Below are positions 1 through 13,629 of a stretch of 64,000 nucleotides of DNA, one piece after another. The stretch is from Antedon mediterranea (lineage: Eukaryota; Animalia; Echinodermata), in contig NC_092676.1 in assembly GCF_964355755.1 (NCBI RefSeq), forward strand, positions 20,850,871 to 20,914,870. Reading direction: 5' to 3'. Positions within the stretch are counted from its first letter, which is position 1, and each line of letters starts with the position of its first letter. A program made the position numbers and the translations under genes. The notes under the pieces are model-generated. The model did no database searches, was not told the DNA's origin, and worked only from the letters and a program-made list of their open reading frames with translations.

Positions 1-1915
1 AGAAATATTTAAAAAAAACAGAAAAACAAAAATATATTTTTAAACGACAAAACACAATACAGTGTTCACAAACTTTTAGAACAGAACTCCTGAATGAGCA
101 ATGGGAAGATACCCTAACGTATTCAAATCCTCATCATTTGCAAATAAATTAACTGCTAAAATAGACAGGTGTTTCCCACTTAAACAAGTTAGAATAAAAA
201 CAGAAAAGTTAAGATCATCGTGGATGACTAGTGGTATACAAGAAATATTGGAAGTAGTCAGAACAGCCACAAAATGTACATGAGAACAAATATGTTAAGC
301 TCGATATTCTTCACGGCTGTCACTGAACACGATATTATGAAATATATAAGTAAATTAGATAAGAATAAGTCATGTGGTCATGATGATATAATGATAAAAT
401 ATATTGTAAGTAATTATGACCTACTTTCAAAACCAATTGGAGAGTGGTATAGTTCCAGATCAATTAAAAATAGCAAAAACTGTGCCTCTGTATAACAAGG
501 CCATATAGATGGCTGCAGTCGCGTGCTCATTAGTGTTTACCGACCGACCGACCAACCTACCAACTGACCGATATTACTGAACATGTTTAAAAATGTTGAA
601 ATGTTTAAAAACATTCATATTTTTTTAATTTACACGTGCGTATCCTGTCACTTTTGAAGTGCTCGTATAACGTAATTTTGAGTTGAAAAGTAAGTCAAGA
701 AAACAGAAATTGGGCAAAAAGAGTGCGCAATAACATTTAACGCGGTCATCGAAAATAAATTTTGAAAATTTTAAGCGCGCGTACGCATGCGTTACATGCG
801 ATACGCACGTAATTGTATTGCCATGTGATGATTTATGCCCTGAAATTTATGAGAACCAAATTTTATTTAATTGTGATTCATGGTTGTGAAGATATGATTA
901 CAAACGTGATTTCGTTAAATCGTGCGTAGACCGCGTAATTTTTTATTGCGTACCGTGAAAACATAACCACACCGATTCCTGGCCATAAGGAATATACTGT
1001 GAAAAATTGACTTAGCTAGATTAAACTGATATCAAGATAAGGTCAGAAAGCGATAAAACGCATAGTGATACCGGACCGACAGACAGACAGACCGACAGAC
1101 CGACCGACCGACATAGTGAACTATAGAGTCGCGTCCACGCGACTAAAAAGGGTAATAAAGATGAGATTAGCAATTACAGACCGATATCTATCTTACCAGA
1201 ACAATTTCTATTATGATTGGTTCCCTAAATAAACTTAACAAAATCCTTCCTTATAAAGTCTTATTAACTATGTACAACTCACTGATCTTACCAAATATAT
1301 CATTTTGTATACCAGTCTGGGGCACTACTGATGCCAAAAACATGAAACGTATCCATGTACTTAAAAAAAAAGGCTTTAAGAATGATATGTAAAACAAACT
1401 ACTACCATCCATCTTTACCACTATTTATTAAAACTAATTCCCTTACCGTTTATGACCTATATACAAATTGTGTTTCACTTTTTATGTTTAAATACAATAA
1501 AAATCAACTGCCATCAAATTTTCATTATTTTTTTCAAACATATGACTCTATTCATCATGTACATGATACGAGAGACAAAAATAATTTGTATATCATCAAA
1601 AAGAACACAACGATGGGACAAAGGGGAATATCTTATGAAGGGCCAAGAATATGGAACAATATTAGTAACGAAATTAGAATGAGTAATAATTTGTATAATT
1701 TCAAAAGGAAAATTAAAAGTTTACAGGAACAATGTAAATAGGTGTTTATGTTATGAAAATTGTTTAATTTGTAATCGCATATAACTGAATTATCAATTGT
1801 TGTTTTTATATTAATTAATATCAATATTTTAAAATGTTAAAGTTTAAGTTGTTTCACTATCGAGAGGGGCGCCCAAATTAAAGCTTGCTTGCTGTGGCGT
1901 CCCTTTTCCACATTT
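1..1915 (+). mobile_element. Decayed, internally deleted CR1/L2-type LINE ORF2 remnant
   Basis: Frameshifted motifs ISKLDKNKSCGHDDI, KIAKTVPLY|KGNKDEISNYRPISILP (split by the 494-1148 insertion), MYNSLILP..VWG and KKALRMICKTNYYHPSLPLF. The RT core is missing. Confidence 0.85.
494..1148 (-). mobile_element. Non-autonomous Helentron/DINE-1-like element (AGTCGCGTG..CACGCGACT family)
   Basis: Terminal palindrome AGTCGCGTCCACGCGACT, (ACCG/ACAG)n microsatellites and a subterminal AGTCGCGTGC repeat. Near-identical inverted copy at 20497-21387. Interrupts the LINE codons VPLY/KG. Confidence 0.75.
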
Positions 1916-2043
1916 TATATAAAATTGGTTGCCATTTTGAAAAATTGCCGCCATTTCAATATAAAGAAAAAACTAAAGTGTCAACCTAATGGATTCCTTG
2001 TCTGAAGTACATGTGTTTAGACACCAAGATCGTGCATCTACCT

Positions 2044-2637
2044 TATTACTTCCGCCAAGGAGGTTATGTTTTCACCCCTGTATGTTTGTGTGTGTGTTTG
2101 TGTGTGTGTTGGTGTGTGTTTGTGTGTGTCTGTCTGTGAACAGCCTGGAAGCCACAGTTTTTATCCGATTCTAACCAAATTTGGACACAATGATCTATGC
2201 CCAAAAAGCTCGGACAAGTTCGAATTTGAGGGGGAAAGATCATAGGTCAAGGTCACAACTAACAAAAAACTATTTTACTGCCTAGAGACCACAGTTTTGA
2301 TTCGATTCTCACCAAACTTAGCCACAATGATCAATGACACATCATATAATTGTGGTTAAATTTTGAAGGTTCAGGGTCAAAGATCAAGGTCCACAAAAAA
2401 AAAAAAAAAAGAAATAAAAAAATAATAAAAAAAAAAAAAACCCTCAGTGGTGCTTGAACCAGCGATCTCAACTGTGAGAGGCTGGATACATAACCATTAC
2501 ACCACACTGTCATCCACAACTTATTTACACTTAGAACTAATAAAAAAAAGTGTTAAAAAAAAAATATTCAGGTGGCATTTTATGTAGGGGAATTTTACAG
2601 TAGGCGGAGGTTTGTACTCTCGGAGTACCCTCTAGTT
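2044..2637 (+). mobile_element. Non-autonomous Helitron/Helentron-type element with (GT)n tract
   Basis: 5' TTACTTCCGCCAAGGAGGTTATG, subterminal GGCGGAGG, 3' hairpin GTACTCTCGGAGTAC then CTAGT. The host repeat is uninterrupted at 6445-6483 (reverse), giving an empty site. Confidence 0.75.
2441..2511 (-). pseudogene. tRNA-derived (Glu-CTC-like) pseudogene / SINE head inside the Helentron-type element
   Basis: Minus strand has A-box TGGTGTAATGG, anticodon-loop-like CTCTCAC and B-box GGTTCAAGC, followed by poly-T. The acceptor stem does not pair. Confidence 0.5.
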
Positions 2638-2751
2638 AGATCTGATTTTATGCACATTTTATATAAAATTAGCGGCCATTTTTCAAAATAGCCGTCATTT
2701 TAATACGAGGCAAAAACAGGAAATATGTATTGACGAATATACATTAATAAT

Positions 2752-3095
2752 AGAGAGGTTTCGCAACCTTACGAAAACGGATACGTCATACATCCATTTG
2801 TGAAACTTTTGAGCTGATCCCCAGTCATATTCGTAACTACAATCTAGCAGATTTTTTTTCAGTGAAATAGAATCACTCGCTTTGATGTTACGCTAGGCCT
2901 AGGCAGCCAAGCACCAAGCAACACGTACCTGCGCTTCGCTCAAATTTACCGCAGTCATATTTTGGACGCGCCTCGATATTTCGTTGTCATGCGAAACAGA
3001 TTTTTTTTTATGGCTTACGAAATACGAATACGTGTGCGTGACGTATCCGTTTTCGTTATGTTTTTATCGTATTCGTAAGATTGCGAAACCTCTCT
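2752..3095. mobile_element. MITE with terminal inverted repeats
   Basis: AGAGAGGTTTCGCAACCTTACGAA ... TTCGTAAGATTGCGAAACCTCTCT. Confidence 0.8.
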
Positions 3096-3611
3096 ATGTG
3101 GCTGCTGGGAATACATAACCATTTTCTTTAAAAAAGAAAAAAAAAAGTTTAATTGCCTGAATAACCTGTTAATGTTTGTGGAGAACCTGGATTGTATTTT
3201 GTTGGGATAATTTTTCTTGTTTTGCTTTTGATGTTGTTTCTACCATTTTGCAAGTGTAGAGTGATATAAAGCACGCTTTGACAACATTCACACGAAGACA
3301 CAGACCTGTGTGTTAATGTAATGTTATTCAATAATGACGAAAAACTTGCAGCACACCTAAAAAAGTTTCGTCAGAATGTACAATGGTGCTGCCCCAAACA
3401 AATTAGTTAACTAATATTAAAAGTAAAACAAGCAAGTATAAGATGAAATTGGAATAAAATAGGCCTATATAAAATCATAAAATTACTTGATCTTGTCAAG
3501 TCATGATAACTGACATTGGATGCCCAAAAGCCCCACATTCATCCGAATTAAACAAAAGAAAAGGCGGAGCAAGGGATGTGAATGCGGGAATTTCTTGCAG
3601 TGGTAGTTAAT

Positions 3612-4070
3612 TCAGATTCAGATTCGATTTATTAAGTCATTCATACATAGTACAATGATAATTGTTTCCTTGGCAGAAAAACACAAGCAAAATAATACAC
3701 ACATTATTTACATTCGTGATCAACAACAACTGATCAAGCAATATAAAATACAACAGACCTAATGACCTATCTTTGAAACTCATTGTTGTGTAGTCTAATA
3801 GCGCTAGGTAAGAATGAAAATTTATGTCTATTTGTTTTAACTGGAATTGTTGTTAATTTTCCAGATCTTGTAACTACTAACTTATTGTTGAGAATATGAG
3901 ATTCATCAGATAAAATACTATTTAATTTAGATATCATTTCATCATTACACATTTGTGTGATATCTTTAATCTCGACACCAGTAATTTTGCTTGCATTCCC
4001 AACTATTCTGTTAACTCACTCACATTTCTCTTTGTTAGCACATTTTCCAAAGTAACACAGCAAAGCTTAA
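3612..4070 (-). mobile_element. LINE 3' remnant (Rex1/L2-like)
   Basis: ILSDESHIL...KTNRHKFSFLPSAIRLHN C-terminal motif and a (GAATCT)n-like tail on the minus strand. Confidence 0.65.
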
Positions 4071-4226
4071 TACAGATTTAATAACACTTAAGCGCATACA
4101 AAACAACCGGATCTTAAACAACTATAATAGTAAAACCAAACATAGCAAAAATTACAAAACTATTCAATACAGGTAAAACATTGTTGACTTTCCTTAAGCA
4201 ATAAAGAAATTGAATTGAATTGAATT

Positions 4227-4363
4227 AAGCTCTGCCTACACTATCAAAATAGTTGGACAAAAAAGGTGTGATGTGCCCATATATGGTAGTGATTTGACAT
4301 CATCATTTTCATGTATGGGCACATCACATTTTTTTTGTCACATCAAGTTTTAGAGTGTAGACA
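4227..4363. mobile_element. Palindromic MITE (AAGCTCTGTCTACACTATCAAA family)
   Basis: TIRs plus internal GTGATGTGCCCATAT/ATGGGCACATCAC. Related copies near 16055, 24865, 48848, 52373, 53669, 55694, 57029 and 57087. Confidence 0.75.
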
Positions 4364-4591
4364 AGGCTTTATTCAAGTTAAGAATATAATTATGATTCTA
4401 TAGTCGAAATCGGCGGATGTGTGTGAAGAACATTGAGAGAGATTCTTATCGGAAAGTTCAATAGTTTTAAAGTCTAAGGTTGAACATTGAAAAACACATG
4501 TGATATTATTGCATATAATATTGTTGTTATTTGTTGGATTACACACAAAGGGTACCACTTATAATTAAAACAATGTTTACACCCCACCCAT

Positions 4592-7500
4592 TCAAGCAAT
4601 TCTACATCTATCTGAAACTAAACGAATGGTTCGATTTTTATTTAATGATGTTAAAAGTTCGTATTCGGCTGGCATGTGGTGATTTGTGGTATAATTCAGT
4701 GTCCTGTTGTCGTAGTAATGATGTTTTAACGGTTGGCCACTCGGTGATTTATAAAATGGATAAAAACCATATAACGAAACATATCGACACATTGACCCAG
4801 CTGCTGTATACATGATTAACCCAAGCGATGGGTTTCTTATTTTCCAAAATCTGAAGAAAAAAATAACTCATTTGTTGTAGGCTATGAAGAAAAAATTATA
4901 TTTATGCATGCATAATTTAATGTGCTGATGTCAATTTATTCCTGTTATCTTTAATTTCATTTTCAGTATGCATTATCATTATTTTACTGGTTGAACATTC
5001 TGGTCAGAAACGTTAAATCCCCAGCTCAAATCCACTGTCTTACAAAAACCGAAGTTACTGAAAGAATAGTAAGAATAAGATGATACTTACTTTGTAACTA
5101 GTGGTAGTATACCTCGGTACGAATATACAATTCTAACTGTTAAATTATTCTGTTTGATACCTGCTACAAGATTATGTGCGTAGCTTATATTCTTTTCTGC
5201 GTTCAATTTAGAAATCCATATATAAGTATCATGTAGCTCTTTAAACGTCTCGTATGAAGTTTTGTAGCAACTATTTGAAGTGTTTGTTAGACATAAACCG
5301 CTTTTGATACTGGCGGCCCCATTGAGCACCATCATATCTATTTTACTACCAACGTCTTGTTCAAAACCAATAGTTTGTGCAAGATTTCCTCTAAAAACAA
5401 AGTCATGTTCATCTATTTCACGTCCACAACTGCTGTTTAGTAGAATACCAGCACTGCCTACAACTGCACAGGTTCCTTGCATAGGAATACTGTCGATGCC
5501 ATCTGGTAAATGTGTCATATTCTCATTTTGCTTGAAGTCATCTTTGTAAATTAGTGTTAATAGAGATGGTTTGAATCCAGCCTTCTGAAGCCGTTTTCTG
5601 TAATAGAAATAAAAACATATACATTCTGGGCTTATAATTGAATTTTTTAAAACTCTAGACAGGCATGTTCAAATTCAGTTGCATACTTTTCGTTCTCTTT
5701 GTTGGAAGCAAACCATTTTTATTTAATTCGAACTGTCAATTTTACATGTAAAATCAGTTTAAAAAAAAGTAAAATATAGTACTTCAATAAAAACACTTTT
5801 TATTTTCAAATCCCCCTAAAATCAGAGTTTTATTCGGCCATTTTTCAGTTGTAGGCCTAATAAAGTTATTGACGTCCATAGACAAAAAATCAAACAAAAT
5901 AATGCATTCACTTAAATTTAACCAAAGACCATTACATGTTCAATTTGAATATTTTTCAGTTGTTATTTATAGTTTTGCCTTCTTGTTCTGTGTCAACGTA
6001 TAATAATCTAGTTTGTGTAATTATTATTCAAATACATTTATCAAATTAATCCATATCTTGTAAAAAGAATACAAAGAGCATTGTATTATAGTATACAACA
6101 AAAGAAGGCTTCAATATAAGCGCGTATGAAAAATGTAAACACCTAAATAGTCATATAGTATAGGACAAAAATCTGAAAAGATGCTTAGAAGTTAGTGGGT
6201 GTGGAATGTTAGAGGCTGTCTATCCTAATAATCCCTTCTGATACTGTAAGCCTTGTTGACACTTCATTTTTTGCCTTGTCTTGAAATTTTATATAAAAAT
6301 ATGTGCATAAAATCAGATCTAAATAAGGTGGATATACAATCTTGTGTGTCTAAACACATGTACGTCAGACACGGAATTCAATAGGCTCTGTTGACACTTC
6401 AGTTTTTTACTCGTATTGAAATAGCCGCTAATTTTAAATAAAATGTGCATAAAATCGGATCTAAATAAGGTAGATGCACGATCTTGGGGACTAAACACAT
6501 GTAATTCACACAAGAAATCCAACAGGCCTTGTTGCTGCTTTATGCCTTGTACTGTTGATTGGCAGGTTATTGTCTCTATATTTACATGGTAAACAGAATT
6601 CTAAATAGAAAAGGAATTAATTAGATAACAAATATGTTATAAAATGGCTGACAAATGTATCTAAAAAGTGCAAAAAAGGGTGACACTAAAAAAAAGCTAG
6701 ATGAATGATCTTGGAATCCATTAGATCTACAATAAATACATTTTAATAGTTATTGTATTTTCTGAAATGACACCTTTATCAATTTGAGAAACAAATTCCA
6801 GATTTTTGATTTCATGAACAGATAAATTAGGTACCTATTTTGATTAGGTAACCAACCTTATATAGCCTAGATCTGATTTTATGCACATTTTATATAAAAT
6901 TGGCGGCTATTTTTTAAAAAGACACAAAATGAAGTGTCAACAGGGCCTAGAGTGACCAGAAGTGATTAATTATGATATATGGCTATGTTGACAACCTGTT
7001 AACATTCCACTCCCCCATTCTATTTGATAGGATAACTAGGAAGGTATAATACCAGTGTATTATGATCAGTGATATGATTACCGTATCCAGTAAAGCCGAA
7101 AGCAAAACTTACCTCATACCTAATGCTTTGCTTTCTTTAATGTGATTAATCAATACTCTCCTACAAACAAAATCATAGGATAAATTATAATGAATAAACG
7201 TAAACGAAATACTCTTTTGATAAGAAGTAATAGAACATAACTTAGCGGAGAGTTTTCGTTTTGGCAGTTACCAATTAATTTTCATCCGACAGTGTGCTAA
7301 TTTGAACTCTTTTAAAACCTCACTGAAGATTATTTATTATTTATCTCACTGGAGTGTCTTCATTTACGGTATCTATTATATAAATTGTGGTTAATTCTGA
7401 CATAGGCAAGCACAATGCAAAAACGTCGGTAAATCTATCTTAGATGTACCGCGAAACGTAGATTTGATAACATTAGTTTTCACATCGACGCTATTGTTCC

Positions 7501-10500
7501 ATATTTCTATCTTAGGAAGATATTATAGGGATTTTATAAGAAATTTTCTGATTTCAATGGGTAAATTTTAAGTAATTTCCGGGTTCACGGTAAGGTGTTG
7601 GTTTCAGCCAGGGAGTTGTAAAACAACTACCTGTTTCAACTAAGTTGGCCGTTGGTGCTTGGTGGTGATAGCCATTTTGTTTTTTTGGTTTATTTTCGAA
7701 CCGCTCGTGTGAAGGTATATAATAGTAGTACATAAACCCCGATAGCCGAGTTGTTGAGTAAGCTGTCAAGACATTATGTACACTGTGCGCTATCTGTGTC
7801 CCGTCAGGACCCTGGGATACTTCTGCCCATGTTGCAAGCCGTCTTCCTTCTTAGGCAACTGTGTCGCGGAATAATGTATTAATTATACCAATTAGGATGG
7901 TATTTATTTGAATAAACGCCCGGAACACCTCCCCAATAAAACATCAATTAAAATAATTATCTCGCTACTCAACCCCCCCCCCCCCCCCCAAATACATCTA
8001 ATAAACGCCCATCCACATTTATACACACAATATTGTATTAGGCCTATATTTATAACCCAATTGTGACTATTTTTAGTAGATTTCTTCGAACTGTAATCTA
8101 CAATTTACCAAGCATTTGTTATTCTTTTTTACCACTTTTCATATCTACAATAAACACTCGCCTAAAACGCTATTAATCATCTAAGACACTTAGGTTAGTG
8201 AGTACGTTTAGTTTTACGAATATCAAAAGCATTTAAATAATGGTAACCGACCGAAATTGTCCAGGCCAGAATGTCATTCTAAAACTGTTTACGTCCTGAG
8301 TCATTATCATTCCGAGAACCATCATCTACACTTCCTAGAGAGGGAGCGAGCGAGCTCACCCTCTATAATAATAATAATTTATTTGGAGATTACACTTTTA
8401 CAACAGTGGCACTCGACCAAATGGAAGGTGCATCCAAAAGAAATATACAAAAAAAAAACATGATATAGAAAATAACATTTACAATAAAAAGTCAACATGT
8501 CAAAACAATTCAACTACAGTAACTACAATACCATTGATAATTAACACTACAGCAGCAGGAAACCCACTGCCACCTAAAAATACAAAATTACAAGAAATAA
8601 ACAATAATAGAATAGGTAGGAACTGTACAATATAAAATGAATTGGGCAACAACAATGTAGACCTAACATTATAATGAGATAGATATCGATCATTTAGTTT
8701 GATTGATATGAACATTACTCGCCTAGAACAATACATCTGTGTGCCCAAGCTCTGTTAACATAGTGCTTACAGTAACAATCAAAGACATTTGATATGGAAT
8801 CGACGTCATACATTATAATGATAGTAGTTATCAATTCCACCTAATACAAGATTTAATTTGGTGTTCAGGTAACCAGAGATAAAATTTTCCCATACATCTA
8901 AATGATTGATATCGATTAACATATATTCTAATTTGGTATATTCTTCAATCCTTATGCCATTGAGTTGGTAATTACATGTGAATAGAAAATGTTGAATGTC
9001 TTCTAAACCATTCTTACACATTTTACAGATACCCTCATATTCAGGAAGCCACTTACAACTCATGTGACCTAAAGGAAGGGTATTAGAACGTAGTTTGAAT
9101 TTGAGGCTAGATCCTAGAAAGTCTGTACAATCCAATCAATATTTTTCAAGGCACGGATTAGACTTAATAAGAGAGTATGTCTGAAGTGACGATTTTCTTA
9201 GCATTTCACTTTTACAAAATGCAATGTTTGTGTCATGCATCAATTCTTTAAATCTCTTAACCACGGTGTTTATCCATGTTCATTACATAATTAATAAATT
9301 TGGCTCTAGATATATCTTGAATAACTTTAATTGGAACCCACCCTAAATCTCCATACAAGGCCTCTTTAGGTGTATTTTTACTTGCTTTTAAGATGTACCG
9401 CGCCATTGTAATCGAAGTGACTCAATTTTATCAATATCTTTCCTGCTTTGGCTGATCCACACTGAACAAGCAAAATTTATTGTAGGCAGAACAATTGTTT
9501 TCCATAGAATGTCACCATAGAAAATTCTACTAAAATTATCAAATCGGTCTATAATTGACTTAATAAAAGCAATGACTCTATTTATTGCCTTTATTGATGA
9601 TTTGGTCGATGTGAAAAAGATCTGAAATATTTCTTGATATGCAAGTACCAAGATATTTATAGGTTTCAACCTCAGAAATAAATTGATCGCCCAATTTCCA
9701 CATCTTATTGTTTATGCGCTGTCCAATAATAAGGACCTTCGACTTTTCATGATTAAAATTTAATTTCCTTGACTTTGCAAATTTAGATGCTAGATTGAGC
9801 ATCTCGCTCAGATCATTTTCTTTGTTTGCCATAAAGTACAACGTCGTCTGCCCAAAAAAGGCTACCCATACATACATTATAAATACGAACACCTAGATCA
9901 TGTTTTTTGAGTAATTTGGCATAAGAATTACAAAACAAAGTCGGTGATAAAACACATACCTGTTTAACTCCTCCATCGATATTAAAGAATTTAGTGTCTA
10001 TTTTACCAAATCTTACTTTACCTTGCACATCGTGATATAAACTATCGATTAATTTCCATAGCCTACTTCTAAACCCAATATTCCATGCTGCCATTTGCAT
10101 TCCTTCCCTCCAAACCGTATCGAATGCTTTTTTTAAATCTAAGAAGGCCATGAAGGTTTTTTTTCCTTCAAGCAGATGACAGGAAGCTATGCTTTTGAGG
10201 GTAACTATGTGATCCTCACATCGTCGCGAAGGTCTAAACCCTCCCTGTACTTCTGACAACACATTTTTATCTTCCAGAAAGTCAGAAATATTGTTTTAAA
10301 TGATTCGGTTAAATATTTTCGAGATACACGGAGTAAGTGAAATCCCCCTGTAGTTATTAATATCCCTGTGGTCCCCTTTTTTTTATGAACGGGTACAATA
10401 CTACTTTTATTCCAGTCATTTGGAACTTTTTCTAAAGCAATTATTCTATTAAATAAAGCAAGGATTGACATATTCAAACATTTACCACCATTTTTAAAAA

Positions 10501-12032
10501 TTTCATTAGTGATCGTGTCAATTCCAGGTGATTTATTGTTCTTTGACCTTAAAATTGCGGTTTCAACAATATCTAAATTCAATTCAACATCTGAGAGAAA
10601 TTCATCATTGTCGTCGTGGGCATTTTTGTGGTTCTAATGTTATTAATAAAGGTATTAATTTGTTTAGTTCGTTCATCAATTTCGGCCAAATTAGTTTTTA
10701 CCTAATGTTTGCCAGTAATCAAGGTCTATTTGGTTCATTTCCTTTTCGTCGGAGACTATTTCACTAGAACCTGGTCTTTTGATACAACTAACACGCTGGT
10801 TACGATTACTACCTTTTAACAGTTTCCAAAAATCGCTACAGTTACGTCCACCTTTGTTTGCCAATTCAATAGACTTATTCACACGCTATACAATTTTGCT
10901 ATTTCCTGCTTTATACAACGCATTTAATATAATATAATATTATTACAGTTTACACATTATACAATATACTACCTTAATGTTGATATTTCCAGATTCACGT
11001 TAGTGTTTAACAAGCCCCTGAAACTGCCATGTTGTTTCCTAAAAGTTTAAAATACAAAAATGATAACGTATATAAAAAAATTAATAAAAATTAAAAATTA
11101 AATTCAAAGAAACAAGGCCATATACATGACTGCAGTCGCGTGCTCAGGTTAGTGTTTACTGACCAACTGAACGACATAGTGAGCTGTAGAGTGGCATTGC
11201 AGGCGACTAAAAATAGTCAAAATGTTGGTCAAAAATGGATATTTGGTTTTATTTAGTTGTAATGATTTAGTTTGTCTTTTTATGAAGAAAATCATGATAT
11301 TGCATATGAAAGTGAATGAAAATAGTATATTCAAAGTCCGTGTTGAACAGCCGTGTTGTGAGAATTATTATGCACATTTCGTTTAGAATTTTTTTACGAG
11401 GTTGGAAATGGTAGGGTATTAAAAGATAACATTAGAAATGCATTGAAAGAATTATTAATGTCATCCGGAAATATTTAATAGAATTTATTTCTAAATGTAT
11501 TTAATTTTGTGTATAACAAAATTTATATTAGATAATATTTTATATAATTGTTTTATAACCTGGGTTACTGGTGGAAAAAATGGCTAGGCTTGAGGGAAGA
11601 AGAAGTAAACTTTACGTGAAGGGAACACGTACCAAGCCGTTTTTTTATTATCATAAACTAAATCAAAATGATACATGAGGTTATATACATTGACAAAGTT
11701 GATTTGATTTCGTATACTATATAAACCATCTAATAACACTATTTTTAAATACCGTACAGTATATTAACAGTACAAGTGAAGCTTTAAATATATAATAAAC
11801 TTTAGCAAAAAGATACTTTTGAAATAAGATAATTATGTTGATTATTATTATTATTATAATACTAATAGTAATCAACAATCCATTTCAACATAATAAACAT
11901 AACAACTTACGGACTGTTATCGCTTGAAATGACTGTCCGATGCTTTGCTATGATTTGAAATATATGGACGGTAACCGCACCCAGTAAAAACCAAGTAAAT
12001 CTTCGCATTAATATTGACTGTGTTCTTGCCAT
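4592..12032 (-). CDS. Alpha-2,8-sialyltransferase-like protein (GT29, ST8Sia family), copy 1; 5 exons, 333 aa
   Basis: Exons 12032-11911, 11038-10973, 7160-7113, 5597-5091 and 4850-4592; all GT-AG, all phase 2, 1002 nt open. N-terminal TM anchor, sialylmotif L ([29 protein letters not shown]), S ([26 protein letters not shown]), III (HHYYD), VS (HHMPAE) and the C-terminal Cys typical of ST8Sia. Confidence 0.92.
8365..10915 (-). mobile_element. 5'-truncated, frameshifted non-LTR retrotransposon (RTE-X-like) in intron 2 of copy 1
   Basis: [64 protein letters not shown]-terminal [14 protein letters not shown] and an (ATT)n 3' tail at ~8365-8380. Confidence 0.9.
11110..11212 (-). mobile_element. 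Miniature derivative of the 494-1148 Helentron-like family
   Basis: Both termini (AACAAGGCCATATA..GCAGTCGCGTGCT and GCGACTAAAAA) joined across ~100 bp. Confidence 0.65.
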
Positions 12033-12317
12033 TGAAACTTCCTGCAAAGTGAAAACGGAGTAAAAATAATCCTCTAAACGTGTTGACAACCTTTAAAAAA
12101 AATAGATTTTAGCAGTAATAATATTTTTCCGGCAGTGCAAAATTAAGCGAAATCGCGGAGGAAATAAATCCTTAACATAGACCTTAACCGACAGCCTGTT
12201 GTGTGTTCACTAAACCGTGAAAATGCGTTTCTGGTAGAAACTACATTACCAATTGCATTATGGAACAATTTACCGTATATCGTATGTTATGTATGCATTT
12301 TATTTGTTCAAACAACA

Positions 12318-13629
12318 TACTGTAAAAAATAATTCGGATTTTACACCATATTTTCGTGTAAATTTGTTTCCTCCTTGGAGTAAACTCTCTTTTTCCTTCA
12401 ATTTGGGTGTAAGTTTTTAAGATTGTGAGTACCCCAGAGTGGGAAACTATAATATTCCCTTCTTTTGAGGTAATCTAATAAAGTTACACATTAGGCATGG
12501 GTAAAGTCCGACGGTTACACTACGAAAGAGGTAAACTTTTTCCGGAAAAGTTTTCCCCAAATGCGCGAGAATTGTATTACCCTGGATTCACGGAAAGCGT
12601 ACGATATGACGACTGTCGCGTGGACAAGTCCATATTTTCAATAATCATTTTTATTTTGCATAAAAGACCTATTTTTGTATCAGAAAAGCCTACTGTTTAA
12701 TATACAGCTGAAGTAGATTTTATCAGCCACGGAGTAAAAGATGAAAAACTAAGGTAAGCTTAAAAGTAGGCCCTAGGCCTAGGGCCTAGGCTAGTTAAGT
12801 TTAGCCTAATTGGTGGGATCACTGCTCTGTATGCGCCCAGTGCACGAGGGTACTGTGAAGTGTAATCAGCTTCGCCTAGTAGGCTTGGTCTAGGCCTGAT
12901 GACTTTTACATTGCTTAGCCTAGATTTCCGTATGAATACATATTGTTATTGTTATTTATTATTATTGTATGCCTAAATGTAGCCGACATGATCTAGCCCA
13001 GTTAGGTTGTTAGTTGATTATCTTTGATTTAAATTGTATTTTGCAGGTGACGGTTCAAGTAATTTAATTGAAGAATGTTTAAACAAATGGCCAGCTCACT
13101 TTACTGCAGACCACGTTAATTTCTGTGTTTTTTTATGCAAGTAGGCCTAATACATTTTCATTAAAAATAAAAGATTTTGAAATAATATTTTAGAATAGAA
13201 TAGTACATGGTAGGCTATATTTAATAAACATTTTTATTAGTTTGAATCAATTTTGTACCTCTGTAAATTTATGTTTAATTTTGATCAATAAAAAATCAGG
13301 TGATTTCTTAAATATATTTTTCTATTTTGTTTCTGTTTTTGAGGAAAACCAACTTAAACCGACATTTTGGTGTAACCAGATTACCCAAAATAGTTGGTTG
13401 CTACTTTGCTGCCACCAAAAACTGGTGTAAAAAAACATTTCATTAAAAGTTGGGTAATGTAACCCGAAATACCCGGGTAAACTTAGCTTTCCCTGGCCAA
13501 GGAAACATCCACTTTCCCAATTTTGGGTAACATTTCCCAAAGGGGGAAATCAGAGTTTACTCCACTAATTGGTGGCAGCCTGGTAGCACCCACTTTTAGG
13601 GGAAAACTAAGCATATATTTTTTACAGTG
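12318..13629. mobile_element. Non-autonomous DNA transposon with (CA)CTGTAAAAAA TIRs in the promoter region of copy 1
   Basis: TACTGTAAAAAAT ... ATTTTTTACAGTG. The paralogous empty site is at 27556-27595. Confidence 0.8.

Noticed and set aside
2441-2511. Functional tRNA gene
   Set aside because: A and B boxes are present, but the acceptor and T stems do not pair and it lies inside a mobile element.
5280-5549. Plus-strand ORFs conserved opposite exon 4 (also 18894, 32922, 40985)
   Set aside because: Antisense shadows of the sialylmotif-L exon with non-ATG starts; their similarity is explained by the paralogy.
8365-10915. Prokaryote-type RT system (retron/DGR) or an active retroelement
   Set aside because: The motifs, zinc knuckle and (ATT)n tail are those of a eukaryotic non-LTR element; it has several frameshifts and is 5'-truncated.
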